NCBI RefSeq assembly: GCF_009914755.1
Contig: NC_060926.1
Reading direction: 5' to 3' (one strand)
DNA from: the human T2T-CHM13v2.0 reference genome, Homo sapiens
DNA: 64,000 bases
Translations under genes and position numbers: made by a program
In this document: piece by piece, positions 16,416 through 30,112 of the stretch
How positions within the stretch are numbered: the stretch's first letter is position 1
How the letters are laid out: every line of letters begins with the position of its first letter
The notes under the pieces: generated by a model
Database searches by the model: none
What the model was told of the DNA's origin: nothing
What the model saw: the letters and a program-made list of their open reading frames with translations, nothing else

Positions 16416-17347
16416 GCATTATTTTAGTTTCAAATTCACTGTTGGTATTTTAATTCACCATACCATTATTTTTAAAGCATCTTTTTACTCAATCATCTTT
16501 CATCCCCAAAGTTTGAAATGGTAAAAATGGAAACGGACGGTTAGTCTCCTTCATGTCACTATACACTCCCTGTTTTCCTGTTAGAAGCACCACCTCCCCT
16601 TTTTAGTGCCCTGGGTTCCAATGTTTCTCCTTGACCAAAAGAGTCATCATTGTCCATCCCCAGCCAACCCAGCCCTCCTGGAGTGAAGCCCCGTGAGCCC
16701 CCGTGAGCTACAGTCAGAGCCTCAAGATTAACCACAGTGCTGGGGGAGGCTGTGGAGCTCATGTGTGGGACTATCTTATTCAATGATTGAGGCAATGTGC
16801 CTGGAAAGGTTAAGGATACAATGTTGTTTCTCACATATTTGCATTTAAGAGATTTTCCATATATTGTAGTACTTGGTAGACATTCCAGGAGTCCTTAGGT
16901 GATTTTTGAGGTAAGAAGGAAAATTTCCCAGGTTTATAGTGTAGGTATGAAAAGTAAAACATAATTACTTGTTTATTATATTTTAGTGATATTGCCATAA
17001 GGTATTTTATATCAGGATAGTAGCACTATAAACAATTTCCTTATACAATTAGAACATATTTGATATAAGAAAAAAACAAAATACTGAGAAGGAGAGCAAT
17101 AGAACAAGAAGGTGAAGGGGAAGGGGGAAAGGAAATGAAAGGGAAGAAACCAATGGTCATGGAGACCAACCTCATCAACTCCCTTCTTGCCATGCCAGCC
17201 TGGCTAAGTTATCTGCTATTTTCTGCTGTCTTTAAATTCTTGCTTCACTCCGTTATCTTGATTCTGTGGCACACACTCATCTCCCTCCTTTTCATACAAC
17301 CCTGATCCTGGAGCACTTTATAAGAAGTACTTTCTAGGATGCGCATA

Positions 17348-17707
17348 CAGGTGGTCCCTGACTTACAAGCGTTTGACTGACAGTATTTTGACTCAATTAA
17401 CGTAGCCATACAACTATTTTGTTTTTCACTTTTAGTACAGTATTCAATAAATTGCATGAAATTTTCAACACCTTATTATAAAGGAAGCTTTCCGTTAGAT
17501 GATTTTGCCCAACTATAGGCTAACAGCTTCTTTCGTCTATTCCTTTCTAAAGGAATAAGCTAATGTATCTGAGCACGATTAAGGTAGGCTACACTAAGCT
17601 GTGATGTTTGGTAGGTTAGGTGTATTACATGCATGTTCAAATGATAATATTTTCAATTGATGATTGACTTATCAGAATTATCTCCCTTGTAATTCAGGGA
17701 GCACCTG
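17348..17707. mobile_element. MER47A-like Tigger/Tc1-mariner MITE, complete
   Basis: TIRs caggtggtccctgacttacaag / cttgtaattcagggagcacctg with TA TSD both sides; internal sequence matches recalled MER47A. Confidence 0.85.
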
Positions 17708-18589
17708 TACTTTCAATACCTTACCCAAGAAACTTTCCCCTGTGGGGAAAACAAGACTGTGTTCCCTTGACATATTCCAGAAAACCACTGTGGTCATCTT
17801 TTCTCCTCTGAAGTTTGAAATGTGCGTAAAATGTCCATAAAATCCAGCTGACTTTTATTTGTTTTTAACAAAGTTGGCTTCCAGCCTATGTCTGGCCTCA
17901 GAATGAAGCTGCTTTGGGACCCCTCCCACTAGTAGATTCAGAATCAAACTCTTTCCCATCCGCGTTCATTGCACCTGCTCCGGGGACTCTGCCTGTTGTC
18001 AGATATGAAATATACAAACAAATCTCACTTCAAGGTGTCTTGTTTCCATGGATTATTTTTAGTTGGAATAAGCACCTGCTTCTGCTTTTTGCATTTCTTC
18101 AGCACTAGTGTATCTCCCGTCACTCCTTTCTTTCTCCCTGTCTCCATTTTCCTTTTTCTGGATTTACTGATGAAGCAGTTGAAGGTCCTCCCAATGAGTG
18201 TTGAAGGTCGCTCATTTTTTTAAGTGCATGAAGAGTAAATACTGAGTTTCATCTGGTTCTAAAAGAGGCATTCATGGGTGAGTTCATAGCAACACTTTCT
18301 GTCTATTGAAATGACATCCCAGTGGCAGAAGGTGCATTTGTCGGTTTCATCACCATATCATCTCTTGGGCACCATGGCTATGGTGCTTTCTTTTGGTGCC
18401 CTTTGCCTTGGCATGTTGTCTGTGAAGGAGCCTGGCATTGCAGTTCCCCCCTTGATCTCCAACAGGCATTTAGGGACAGTACACTCCACCCACATCCCTG
18501 CTGGCTCCAGAGTCCACTCAAGATATAGTGCTTGGTTCATTGGATGGATAGCTATTCCCTTCACTTCGGCTACCTTAAACGTAAATATA

Positions 18590-18790
18590 AGTAGCTTGTA
18601 TTTATATAATGATTTAAAGATTTTTACATATATTACTTCATATACTTTTTATAAACTCTGTGAAGTATGGGAGTTTAATGGAAGCATTTTTTAGCTGTGG
18701 AAACTGAGCCTTGGGTTATGCAATATACTAGCAATTAGTGGCGACTGATTCACACCTAAGTGTTTCAGCTTCTTTCCTCTATTCCTTTCT
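18590..18790. mobile_element. Decayed MIR
   Basis: tttacatatattacttcat...aactctgtgaagta...ggaaactgagcc...ttagtggc...ttcacacct. Confidence 0.6.
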
Positions 18791-18989
18791 AAATGACCAT
18801 TTATTTTTGTGACAGAACTCCTACGCTTAAAGACTTTTTCCTTGAGGTCAGCCAAATGCTTTCAGGCATTCAATTGTACTTTGCAGGCCCGGGCACTCAA
18901 AGCTAATTGTATGTGTTGACACATGCGTACCCAGGATGGCATGGGCAATGAGCCCAGACCTGTCCCCAAACTCTTCTCCATCCCTGGCA

Positions 18990-19715
18990 GCCGGCGTCAG
19001 TTTCCATTCAGCCACTGCATGCTCCTGTGTGCCCCAGAGCAGGAACAGCAGCAGGGTGGGAGGAGGGAGCTGCAGGCCGAGCGAGTCCTTATCCTGAATG
19101 TCATTCCACTGCCTACAGGATGAGAGCCACGCTCCTTGGCAAGGAAGCCCAGCCCTCCACTAGCCAGTCCTAACTTCTTTCTCCAAACTCACCATCTGCC
19201 AGCCTTGCTCCCTATCTCCCTGCTGCCAAACATGCCTCTGACACCAGCCGAGCTTCTTTATACCTCTGTGTCGTTGCACGTGCTGCCCTGTGGCAGGGCA
19301 TGGTGTTGTTCGCCCACAGGCCTTCCTCTCCTTCCTTGCCATGGTCACTGTGGAGGAAGTGGCCCACCCTCCTGGCCCACTGATGTTGGAACTGGCCATA
19401 CCACTTGTGCTGGCCAAGGAGATGGTGACAGGAGGGACAGTGCTGGTTCAGGGCCAAGCCCTTAAGAGGGATGCAGGTTTCTGCTCACTTCTCTTGCGCT
19501 TCTCCATCTATCATGAGGAGAACATGCTCTGAGTAACCGCTGACCTCCAAACCTGGAGCCAGGAGGAGCACAGCTGAAGACAGTCCGCAGCCTGAAGCCA
19601 AGTCCAGTTGAGCCCAATAATGCCCAGCTAGCCCGTGGACCAGGAGCTAGAAACAAATGCTTGCTGTTAAAACCACGGATTTTTGGGGGTCATTTATGAC
19701 AAACCTTATTGCATA
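18990..19715 (+). mobile_element. Old MaLR LTR (MLT1-type), degenerate
   Basis: 3' part aaatgcttgctgttaaaaccac...tttgggggtcatttatgac...ttattgca resembles an MLT1 end; left boundary approximate. Confidence 0.5.
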
Positions 19716-20668
19716 TTAAATGTTAACTACTTATTTATTGCATTCCCCAGGTGCATGCAAATGTGCGGACACACCCTTATAAAATTGTTTCCCACCTGAA
19801 AAAGCTTCTACTGATTTTCCAAGACTGAATTCAAGGAAAGAATACCCTGAGGTAAAGTTTAAACCTTGTTTAAATGAAATGTTAGCAGCTGATTAGTTTA
19901 AGCTAAACAGCAGGGCCGGGCTTAGGAAGGGGCAGAGAGAGCAGTTCTCAAAGACACGTGAAGTCAGGAGCCATCCACCCCAGCTTCGCTGAGGAGCCAG
20001 GTCAGGACGCTGGCATTGACAAACGTGCTCCTACTGAAAGGACTGTAATGACCCATTTGCTTCTACATCAAGATGCCCTGCAGCCCAGACTTCCACAGCC
20101 AGCCTCCTGGCTTAAGCCTTTCAAGGTTACCATCATGAACATTTAGTAGAGAAAGTATGATACGTTGCAGTGTCTCAGAGAGATTCATTAAGCCACAACT
20201 AGTGAGCAGCTACTTTCATATGAATTGATTTGTGAACTAGCATAACACAGGGCCCTGATAGAAAGGGAAGAGGTGGATACATTTGGATGGGGCAAGACAG
20301 GGAGCAAAGAGTTCCTGCTGGGGGTCGGGCCCACCTGAGACTGCAAAGGGTTGAGCAGTGCTTATGGGGAATCCAGGGCAAATGGGGGCCTGGATCAAAG
20401 GCCCTGCAGGTGGGATACCAAATAGAAATCGGGGAGAACGAAACTGTGAAGAAACTTACTTTTTAAATGAGGAATATCCCCTGGGCTATCAGTGAAAAAA
20501 AGGGACTGTATAACCAGTCCCTGGGCTTGGTGGATCCTGCCCTGGCCATGGGCCATAAACTTGCTTCTGTTTCTCCAGGAAACATACACACAGCTATTCT
20601 TTTCTGCCAGGTTCAACTTCCTCTTGGTTTGTTAACTTTGACTTCTAGATAGTAATGTAGCTGGGCAA

Positions 20669-20890
20669 TTTTTTTCTTTTTTCTTTTTCTTTTTTTTTTT
20701 TTTGAGACAGACTCTCGCTCTGTCCCCCAGGCTGGAGTGCAGTGGCGCAATCTCGGCTCGCTGCAAGCTCCGCCTCCCATGTTCACGCCATTCTCCTGCC
20801 TCAGCCTCCCTAGTGAGTAGCTGGGACTACAGGCACCCGCCACCACAGCCAGCTAATTTTTTGTGTGTTTTTAGTAGAGATGGGGTTTCA
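20669..20890 (-). mobile_element. 5'-truncated AluY
   Basis: gcaagctccgcc/ttcacgccattc; ends at ggggtttca; TSD agctgggcaattt at 20659-20671 and 20890-20902. Confidence 0.92.
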
Positions 20891-20956
20891 GCTGGGCAAT
20901 TTCAAATAGAGGCCTTGTCTGTTTTGAGGGCTAAGATCCAACTTTGCACTATTAAC

Positions 20957-21030
20957 ATATATTTATGTGTGTGTGTATATGTGTACATATATGTACGTGT
21001 ATATATGTGTATTATGTATGTATGTATATT
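20957..21030. repeat. (TG/TA/TATG)n low-complexity microsatellite
   Basis: atatatttatgtgtgtgtgtatatgtgtacatatatgtacg... Confidence 0.85.
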
Positions 21031-22529
21031 TTTCTCTGATAACTTAATGCTGCCTTTGAGGGCACAGGCCCCAGCTACCTGGTATTTGTGCTACAGAACT
21101 CTGGCAGGCACCCAGGGACTTGGCTGGCCAGAGGACCAGGAGCATGTGGGACCAGTGCCTGGGGCTCCCAGCCAGGTTTTCAGCCCTTGCCATGCTGCCT
21201 CCTATACTGACCCCTTGCCCTTTGCAGAATGCCTGTGGGTTTGAGAACGTCCCAGGGGACTTGCTGCTAGCCGCTTCCAGCTGGTGACATCTAAAGGCTT
21301 GGAGGCCATGGCTCCATAGGAAGCATGCCCAGAACACTTACCAACAAGAGTGCACCCAGAGGCTGCAGTTTCGGCTCTAGATGGGGTCCTCTTGTCCTGC
21401 CATGCCCATGTGTCCCAAGCAGGCATGTGAGGGAAAAGAGAGTCAGAATCCCTTCTGCACTGATGGGCTCTCAAGAGGCATTATATGTACTTGCATAGAG
21501 AGGGCCAGTGGGGATTTAGAATCAGCCAAACAGAACTGGGTTTGAACCCCAGCCCCCTGATGACACCTGTGTGACCTGGTGAGGTGGCCTGGCCTCTCTG
21601 GACCATAGTCCTCACAGGAAACATGTTTGCACCTGCATTGGACCTGCTTCCCGGGGTGCTGGCCGGCCAAGGGCTCAGCCTAGGTGTTCAGTGATGTCTG
21701 TCTCGGTATCATCACTGCCTGACTGCCATGGTCTGCAGGCGGGGTGGGGCAGGGCTAGGAAGGGTCCATGGCTGGGACCAGCTCCAATGTTGATGAGCGT
21801 TTCCTTTATAAGAGGTGCTGAGCAAGCACTGTCCTCATCCAATCCTCCCAACAAACTTGGGAGTTTGGTTTGTTAATCCCCAGGTCACAACCAAGGAAGT
21901 CACCTCTCACGAAGGCCACTCAGCTGATGGACAGAGTCAGGCCTACATCTGGCCTCCCTGATCTGCTTCCCCAGGAGTCCAAAGACCCAGATGTCCTCCA
22001 CATTAGCTCATTTCCCACCGCACTGCACTTTGTCATCCACACCAAAGTCAGGTGGAGTTAATTCCCTGCTAAACTCATCCTTGGCTCTGCAAGATGAATG
22101 CCGAACCCTTAGCCTAGGCCAGGAGGGGAACCCTTCACACACCGGGGGCCGCAGCTCCAGCTCAGCCCCCAACACCCATCAATGCACACAGGCTATTTGA
22201 CCCCCTTGACAGCTCCCAGGCAGCCCACACTTGTGTCTGTGCACGTGTGCTGCTGCATCTTCCAGGGACCATGCTTCTCCTCTAACGCCTTGTGTAAGTG
22301 TGACCTCTCTGGGGAAGGTCTGCCTCATCCCCTGGGGAGACACACTTGCTCCCTCATCTGGGCCCTCTTGGCATGGTGTTCATTCTCCACTGCATAGCGC
22401 TATCATTGATCAGTTTGCATGTATGCTAGGAGCTCCTAACCAGTATTTATTGGACCTCTACAAGCCTGGGAATCTGTAAGTGCTGAACTCCATGCAGGCA
22501 GGGCTGTCTCAGCCACCTGCTGCCTGGGT

Positions 22530-22712
22530 GGCTCTGGGCAGGCCCTTCAACTCTGTGCTCAGGATCCTCATTTGCACAATCAGCTAAAAGTAGCATTTTG
22601 TTCCTAAGGTTTTTATAAAAATTAAATTAGTTAATATAGATGAGGTGCTTAGAATAATGTTTGGCTCACAGTAAGTAAAAGCTAATAAAGATTGACTACT
22701 ATTATTATACTC
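22530..22712. mobile_element. MIR fragment
   Basis: ctctgggcaggcccttcaactctgtgctcag...attaaattagttaatatagatgaggtgcttagaataatgtttggc. Confidence 0.65.
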
Positions 22713-22990
22713 AGTAAATATTAAATTAATACATGAAAATAGCACAAATGGAAGCCCAATTTAGCCTTTTGCCCTTCACAGACCGCAGGTTCCCTTTCTT
22801 CCGTATCTATAAAAAACTTTCTGGACAAAGTAGTTACTCAACATTTATTAAATACAAAGAATAAATTAGTTTAAATATCACAGAAAAGAAGGATGCTAAA
22901 CCCCACACCGCCACTTACTGGAAGATATCATGCACTCAAACCATAGGCTATTACTAAACTTCAGTTTGTCTTTAAATAAAAATTCTTGGG

Positions 22991-23248
22991 GGGACAGGGT
23001 CTTGCTCTACTAGAGCTAGAGTACAGTGGCATGATCATAGCTCACTGTAGCCTCAAATTTCTGGGCTGAAGTGACCCTCTGCCTTGACCTCTGAGGAGCT
23101 GGCATGCACCATCACACCTGGCTGACTTAAAAATAAATTTTTTTTAAGAGATGGGGTCTTGCTATGTTGCCCAGGCTGACCTCAAGCAATCCTCCAACCT
23201 CAGCCTCCCAAAGCACTGGGATTACAGGTATGAGCACCATACCCAGCT
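22991..23248 (-). mobile_element. AluJ
   Basis: gacagggtcttgctct...atcatagctcactgtagcctc...gatggggtcttgctatgttgcccagg AluJ diagnostics. Confidence 0.88.
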
Positions 23249-25222
23249 TAAAATTTTTTATTTCTAACTGACAATCAAGAACTTGCACTGGAACAACTAG
23301 CAGGGAGCGCTGCTCCTTCAAGATATTTCTTACTTGTTTTAGCCAAATTGGTTTCAGTTTGGGTGAGATTAGATTTTCAGTTGTTTTTTAGTAATGTAGA
23401 CACACATTACTATATGCTTATTTATATCCTCTGACTTTGAGTGTTCTCAAGGGTTCTAGTCACAGAGTCATCTAGTCTTTAGGAAAAGAAGAGACCAGAA
23501 GGGCATTAACATATATTTAGTTCTGACCATGTGCCAGGCATGGACCTCTGGGTTCAAATGGCCTCATCTAGGATATGGGATAAGTAAGAACAGAACGGTT
23601 AAGTATGTGTGATGAAATTTAAGTATTTCTGGAATCTATAATGCAACAAACCGATATCCCCTATTCTCTTACCCTATCCATTTGTGCACTCATTCTTGCC
23701 ACAGCTGTGTCAGGTATCTATGCCATAATACAGCTGGGCACCTCAGGGGGACCAGGAGAGCAACATTAACCTCTAAGTTCCAAGCAGTTTATATTTGAGA
23801 TTAATGCTAAGGCAAGTTCACAAATAGTATAATGGGCAATGTAGGACATATGAACTAAGACATTCCACGGTTCCAAAATGTAGCCATACTTACACTTTTA
23901 AAATTTAGGGATAAATTCTGCAATTTGCATGGAAGTATAAGGTACATGGACATTTGCATCTTCTGTACAGTTATTTGTTGTGAGAACGAGAGAGGTCTAT
24001 CTTATGATAATTAGCATATTGAATGTTTATTACACTAGTTATTGAAAAAGAATCTCTTAGTATTTTTGCTTTGCTCCTCAAGTTTAGTAGGGAAAAAAGT
24101 AAAATGAAAACAAGATAACACACACAATAAGAAGAATACAAATTCATTTCTTTTGATTGTTAGTAGTAGACATAAATTTCAAAAAATGCATTTGCAAGCA
24201 GTATAGTTGATGTTTCAGAAACTATTGGAATGATAAGCCAATAGGTTTTATAATTGTATATAAAAATTATGAAAACTTGTGTTAGTTTGAAGGCAACCAC
24301 AGGTATTATTTAAATGCATAATTCCTTTGACAAAGTAGGTATAATCTAGCTGAATCATACTCTCTAGACCATCTGCTATTCTGTTTCCCCCTAAAAGGCT
24401 TAGGGTAAAGTAAGCCTTTCATTGTGCTATGTCCTTATGTGAAAAGGTATTAAACAAATTATATTGACCTGATGGGAACCAACAAGTAAAAGCTGGTTAT
24501 ATAAAATAGGCAGCTATTTTGGAGTCTTTAAAAAAACAAACAAACAAACAAAAAAAAAACCAAAGGAAAACCAACTCTGCCATCTGGTGTAAAAACAGAT
24601 TATTACAACTTCTTTCTTCAAACAAAGCATAGTGGCTATTCCAGTTATTCCTTATTTATCATTGATTATCATGATGTGGTGAGAATTTTGAGCGAGTGTT
24701 CCCCCTCTCCCTCCTTGGGTAACTAAAGCTTGATGTACATATATTTTAAATTGTTTATGGGAATATTTCTAAAATAATTACTAATTTACTGCCTTATTAA
24801 GTGAGAGATAATGAACCCAATTACATCTTTCCTTGATGATGCAGCGTGCTGACTGTATTGGTCCATTCTCTGTTGCTATACCAGAATACCACAGGCTGGG
24901 TAGCTTATAAGGAAAAGAAGTTTCTTTAGCTCATGGTTCTGGAGGTTGGAAGGTCCGAGAGCATGGCACCAGCATCTGGCGAGGGCCTTTCTGCTGTCTC
25001 ATGACATGCGGGAGGCATCCCATGGCAAGACAGGGCAAGTGTGCATGTCAGCACAAGACTCTCTTTCTCTTCCTATAAAGCCACAAGTCCCTTCATGGGG
25101 ATGCACCCTGATGACCTTATGTACTAATATTTCCCTTTAATGCTAAAAGATACCATCTTCAAATTCCATCAACATATGAATTCGGAGATTAAGTTTCCAA
25201 CACATAAAATTTAGGGGACACA

Positions 25223-25497
25223 GCCAAGCGCGGTGACTCACGCCTGTAATCCCAGCATTTTGGGAGTCCGAGGCAGACAGATCACTTGAGGTCAGGAGTT
25301 TGAGACCATCCTGGCCAACGTGGTGAAACCCTGTCTCTATTAAAAAAAAAAATTAGCTGGGCATGGTGCTGGGTGCCTGTAGTCCCAGCTACTCAGGAGG
25401 CTGAGGCAGGAGAATTGCTTGAACCCATGAGACAGAGGCTGCAGTGAGCCAAGACTGTGCCACTGCTCTCCAGTCTCCAGAGAACAAGACTCTGCCT

Positions 25498-25530
<33 letters not shown>
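25223..25530 (+). mobile_element. Alu (AluS)
   Basis: Full Alu with long A tail; TSD atttagg(g)gacaca flanks both this Alu and the next. Confidence 0.93.
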
Positions 25531-25547
25531 AGAAGACTTACGCCTTC

Positions 25548-25842
<295 letters not shown>

Positions 25843-26195
25843 AAACATTTAGGGACACATTCAAACAATACCACTCATTAGCTTACTTTCTCTGTAATAG
25901 ATAACAGCGATAACCTCAGGGTTAAACAATACTTTCGTCAAGCCTAACTGACCTCATGGATTGTACTTTTTTAGCTTGCAACACACAGTGTTTAAATTTC
26001 TGCTCAGTATGGCGTTACTGCCTGCTGTGGAAGCTGGCCAGGAATCTGGGTCAAGGTGACCAGAAACCCGGTTGCAGAAACCTGAAGCTACGAGGCAGAG
26101 ATGGGTTTCACTGCAAACAGGTGGCCTCCAGATGCAGCAGCAGACCGTAAAAGTAGAGCAGAAAGTCAACAGGTCAAATTGGCAGGGAACTCTCA

Positions 26196-26566
<371 letters not shown>

Positions 26567-26757
26567 CTATGTGATGGTCTAAGCACTGTTGCCCGGACAA
26601 GATTCTACATCTTTCTTCACTGTGGCTCCAGCTCACCCCTACTGAGTTCATTCCAAATCTTGGTGCTTCATTCATCACTAGTATCACAGCAGAGCCCAAA
26701 CTTCAGTAGGAATAATAATCAGCTGGAGGGCAGATCACAGAAGGATCCAAGATGCGC

Positions 26758-26835
26758 CTGCATGTCTTCATTTTTAAAATAAAACCCACAGATGACCTTG
26801 ATCCAGGTGGTACGAAGGCCCCAATTTGAGAAACA
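26758..26835. mobile_element. MER5-like hAT fragment
   Basis: catttttaaa...cagatga...gatccaggtggt...tttgagaaaca. Confidence 0.45.
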
Positions 26836-26956
26836 AAATCAACTCCTAAAATTCTATAATCAAAGTTGTTTGCCACATGCCAGAGTTGAACAAATAACAG
26901 ATCTGGAACATATAAGTTGTGTGTTGTTTACTTTACTACTGACCTTTCTTTACCTA

Positions 26957-27362
<406 letters not shown>

Positions 27363-27697
27363 AAGTAGATAAACAGTGTAATATTTTTCTCCCAACAAAA
27401 CAACATAATGTGAAATTTTATTACTAAATACTCTGACACTAGGGGTAAATTTGTAATTCCAGAGTACTGGAATCAATTCAAGCATTAAGAGCTTACTGCC
27501 TGATAAATATTCAGTTTTGGAATCTTTGCAGTGCCTGCTTATAATTTTCCCTTAGCCTATGAAACATGTTTTTGCTCATTTCACCTATCTAGACTCTAAA
27601 TTTTATTTTACGAACTTTTCAAATTTCTTTTGAAATTGTTTATTTTATCATTGTATAAAATCTTCAAATGACAATGTAGAGTGATTTTTTCCAAATA

Positions 27698-27996
27698 TTT
27701 TTCTTTCTTTTTTGGAGACAGAGTCTCGATCTGTCGCCCAGGCTGGAGTGCAGTGGCACAATCTCCGCTCACTGCAAGCTCCGCCTCCCGGGTTCACGCC
27801 ATTCTCCTGCCTCAGACTCCCTGAGTAGCTGGGACTACAGGCGCCCGCCACCACGCCCGGCTAATTTTTTGTATTTTTTGCGGAGACGGGGTTTCACCGT
27901 GTTAGCCAGGATGGTCTCGATCTCCTGACCTCGTGATCCACCTGCCTCGGCCTCCCAAAGTGCTGGGATTACAGGCGTGAGCCACCACGCCCAGCC
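27698..27996 (-). mobile_element. AluY
   Basis: AluY diagnostics, many CpGs retained; TSD caaatatttttct. Confidence 0.95.
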
Positions 27997-28168
27997 CAAA
28001 TATTTTTCTGTACATACTCCATGTAAAGAGAAAGAGAAATCATTAGTTTTTTTCCTCAATAATTATTTGTAAGTAATTAACAGAAGTAGGCCTTAAAGTG
28101 AATTTAATTTACTGTTTTTATTTCTTAAAGTGAAATTTTGCTATAATTCCTAAAATTTGTAACTACAG

Positions 28169-30112
28169 GTAGGGTGATCATGCATTCCAGTTTTTCCAGG
28201 ATAATCATAGTGATGGCAGTGGCAGCCCATCTGGAGTGGCTGCTGCAGGCAGGCCAGCTGCAGCAGGAGAGGTGTGACTGGGGCTGCATGCTCTGGGGAG
28301 TTGGTGGGGGCTGGGAACAGGTGATCCCAGAGGGAGCCCCGCATCCTACCAAGTTGGCTGGTCAGGAGCCCATGCTCCCAGGCAGAACTGCAGCCACCCA
28401 GCTGCAGCTCTGGACCTGGGCATCTCTGTGCTCTCAGGAGCCTGGAAAGATCCCTGCCCCTACAGGCTCAGAGGTGCCTGCTCCCACTCCCCAGCCTCTC
28501 CCCACTCCTGGTGCCCACTCCAGTGTGGAGCAAAGTTGTAGCTGAGCCCAGGGGCTGTCGCAACCCAAGCTGCATGTGTGCGTGCTTAGGGTGGCACTGA
28601 CATGCCAGCTCTTCCACCACTTTGGCCCCCTCTAAACTTTGGGGGCCAACGAGCCTCAGGAAGGTGGGGAGGGCTGAGGGTGGCTTGTCGCAGGCCTGTG
28701 GGTACCCCTCAGCACGGACAGCATGGGTACCGCTAACAGCATGTTGATGGTGGTGGGAGACAGACAGGTTCCTGGGCAAGGAGTGGGACCTCGCCCCACC
28801 TTCAAGTCAGGAACAGCCTGAAGCCTGGGGGCCTTATTGCCAGTTCTGGGTGGAGCCCACAACCTGGAGTGAGAACTTCATTGATGCCTTTCGGACAATC
28901 CAATGGTGCTTTTTCCATGTCCACCCATGTCTGCACATGGACCAATCAGCATGCACTTCCTCATTACAAGCCCATAAAAAAACCCAGATTCAGTCAGACT
29001 CAGACGCTCACTGGGACGACCTGCTTGTGGAAAGGAGCTACCTACTTTGGGTCTCTTGAGAGCTGTTCTGTCACTTAGTAAAGCTCCTCCCTGCCTTGCT
29101 CACCATCCAGTTGTCCATATAGCCTCATTCTTCCTGGATGTGGGACAAGAACTTAGGACTCACTGAACAGCAGGAGCAAAGGGAGCTGTAACACGTTCCT
29201 GGCCAGCTTGCTGAGCTGTGGGTGGTGACATGCCCCTGGACTACAAGAGTGAAGACTGGAAACCCTTCTGGGGGCCTAGACCTTGGGGTTCCCTGAGCCA
29301 GAGCTGCTGTAACACTTTAGCCCTTCCACCCTCCACGGGCACCAGGTAGCCGCCCCACATGGCAGGAAGCAGTGGTGGGGCTGAGCCAGCCCAGAAGCTG
29401 CAAGCCAGAACAGGGCGGGCGGTGGGACTGAAAGTGCTGTAACACAAATGGGCTGAAACCCTCTAAACATGCCCGCTCGCCCCCCGCCCTCCACAACGTG
29501 CTTGCCACATTGCAGGCAGGCAGCCAGGAGAAAAGAGTTGAGGCCCGTCCTTCTGGGGGCCCAGACCTCGGGGCTCCCTGAGCCTGGGCTCTGACACAAT
29601 GTAACAACATCTTCGGGGCTTTGCAGTTCCTGGCGTCTCCAAGTTTTAGGCGCCACCACGTTCCCCGGTGCCCACAGCAGAAGCCACTTGCGGTACACCT
29701 GGTCCAGACACAGCCTCACACAGAGCCAGTGCCTGTGCTGGTGCCTGGAGCTGCCCACCCCACTGCAGCCAATGTGCCTGGCTGTGCACAGTGACCGGAC
29801 CCTGAGTTCACTCATGCACATACCCTTTGCCACCCTGCTCCCGGCTTGCCCTTGACAAGCGTGGGATCTGGATCGGTAGCGTGAGCCAATCACAGCCTGC
29901 TGGGTTGAGTGGGTGGAACGAACCCAGCAGGTGCGAGCAAAACTCAAGCAGAGGCGCCGCCGGCCACAGAGGTTTCGACTGTCCAAGCGACACCCTAAGG
30001 ATCCTGTGACATTCATTTATACCTATTTTTTTCTGGTGTATCCTATTTACTTAATGGCCCTTTTACTCTCAAAAGTATATTGCTTTGGATGATAAATAAT
30101 ATGTTTATCCTA
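28169..30112. mobile_element. MER96B-like hAT MITE (two halves, 28169-28210 and 30012-30112) split by MER52
   Basis: Terminal inverted repeats tagggtgatcat / atgtttatccta; cccttttactctcaaaagt internal motif. Confidence 0.55.
28211..30011 (+). mobile_element. MER52 ERV1 solo LTR (~1.8 kb, GC-rich)
   Basis: Starts tgatggcagtggcagcccatctggagtggctgctgc and ends aagcgacaccctaaggatcctgtgaca; repeated gctgtaacac internal units. Confidence 0.88.

Noticed and set aside
23605-23700. GTGATGA box C-like motif (possible C/D snoRNA)
   Set aside because: No appropriately placed CTGA box D or terminal stem.
29276-30016. Longest ORF in the track (246 aa, minus strand)
   Set aside because: It lies wholly within the GC-rich MER52 LTR, where stop codons are scarce, and has no recognisable domain.
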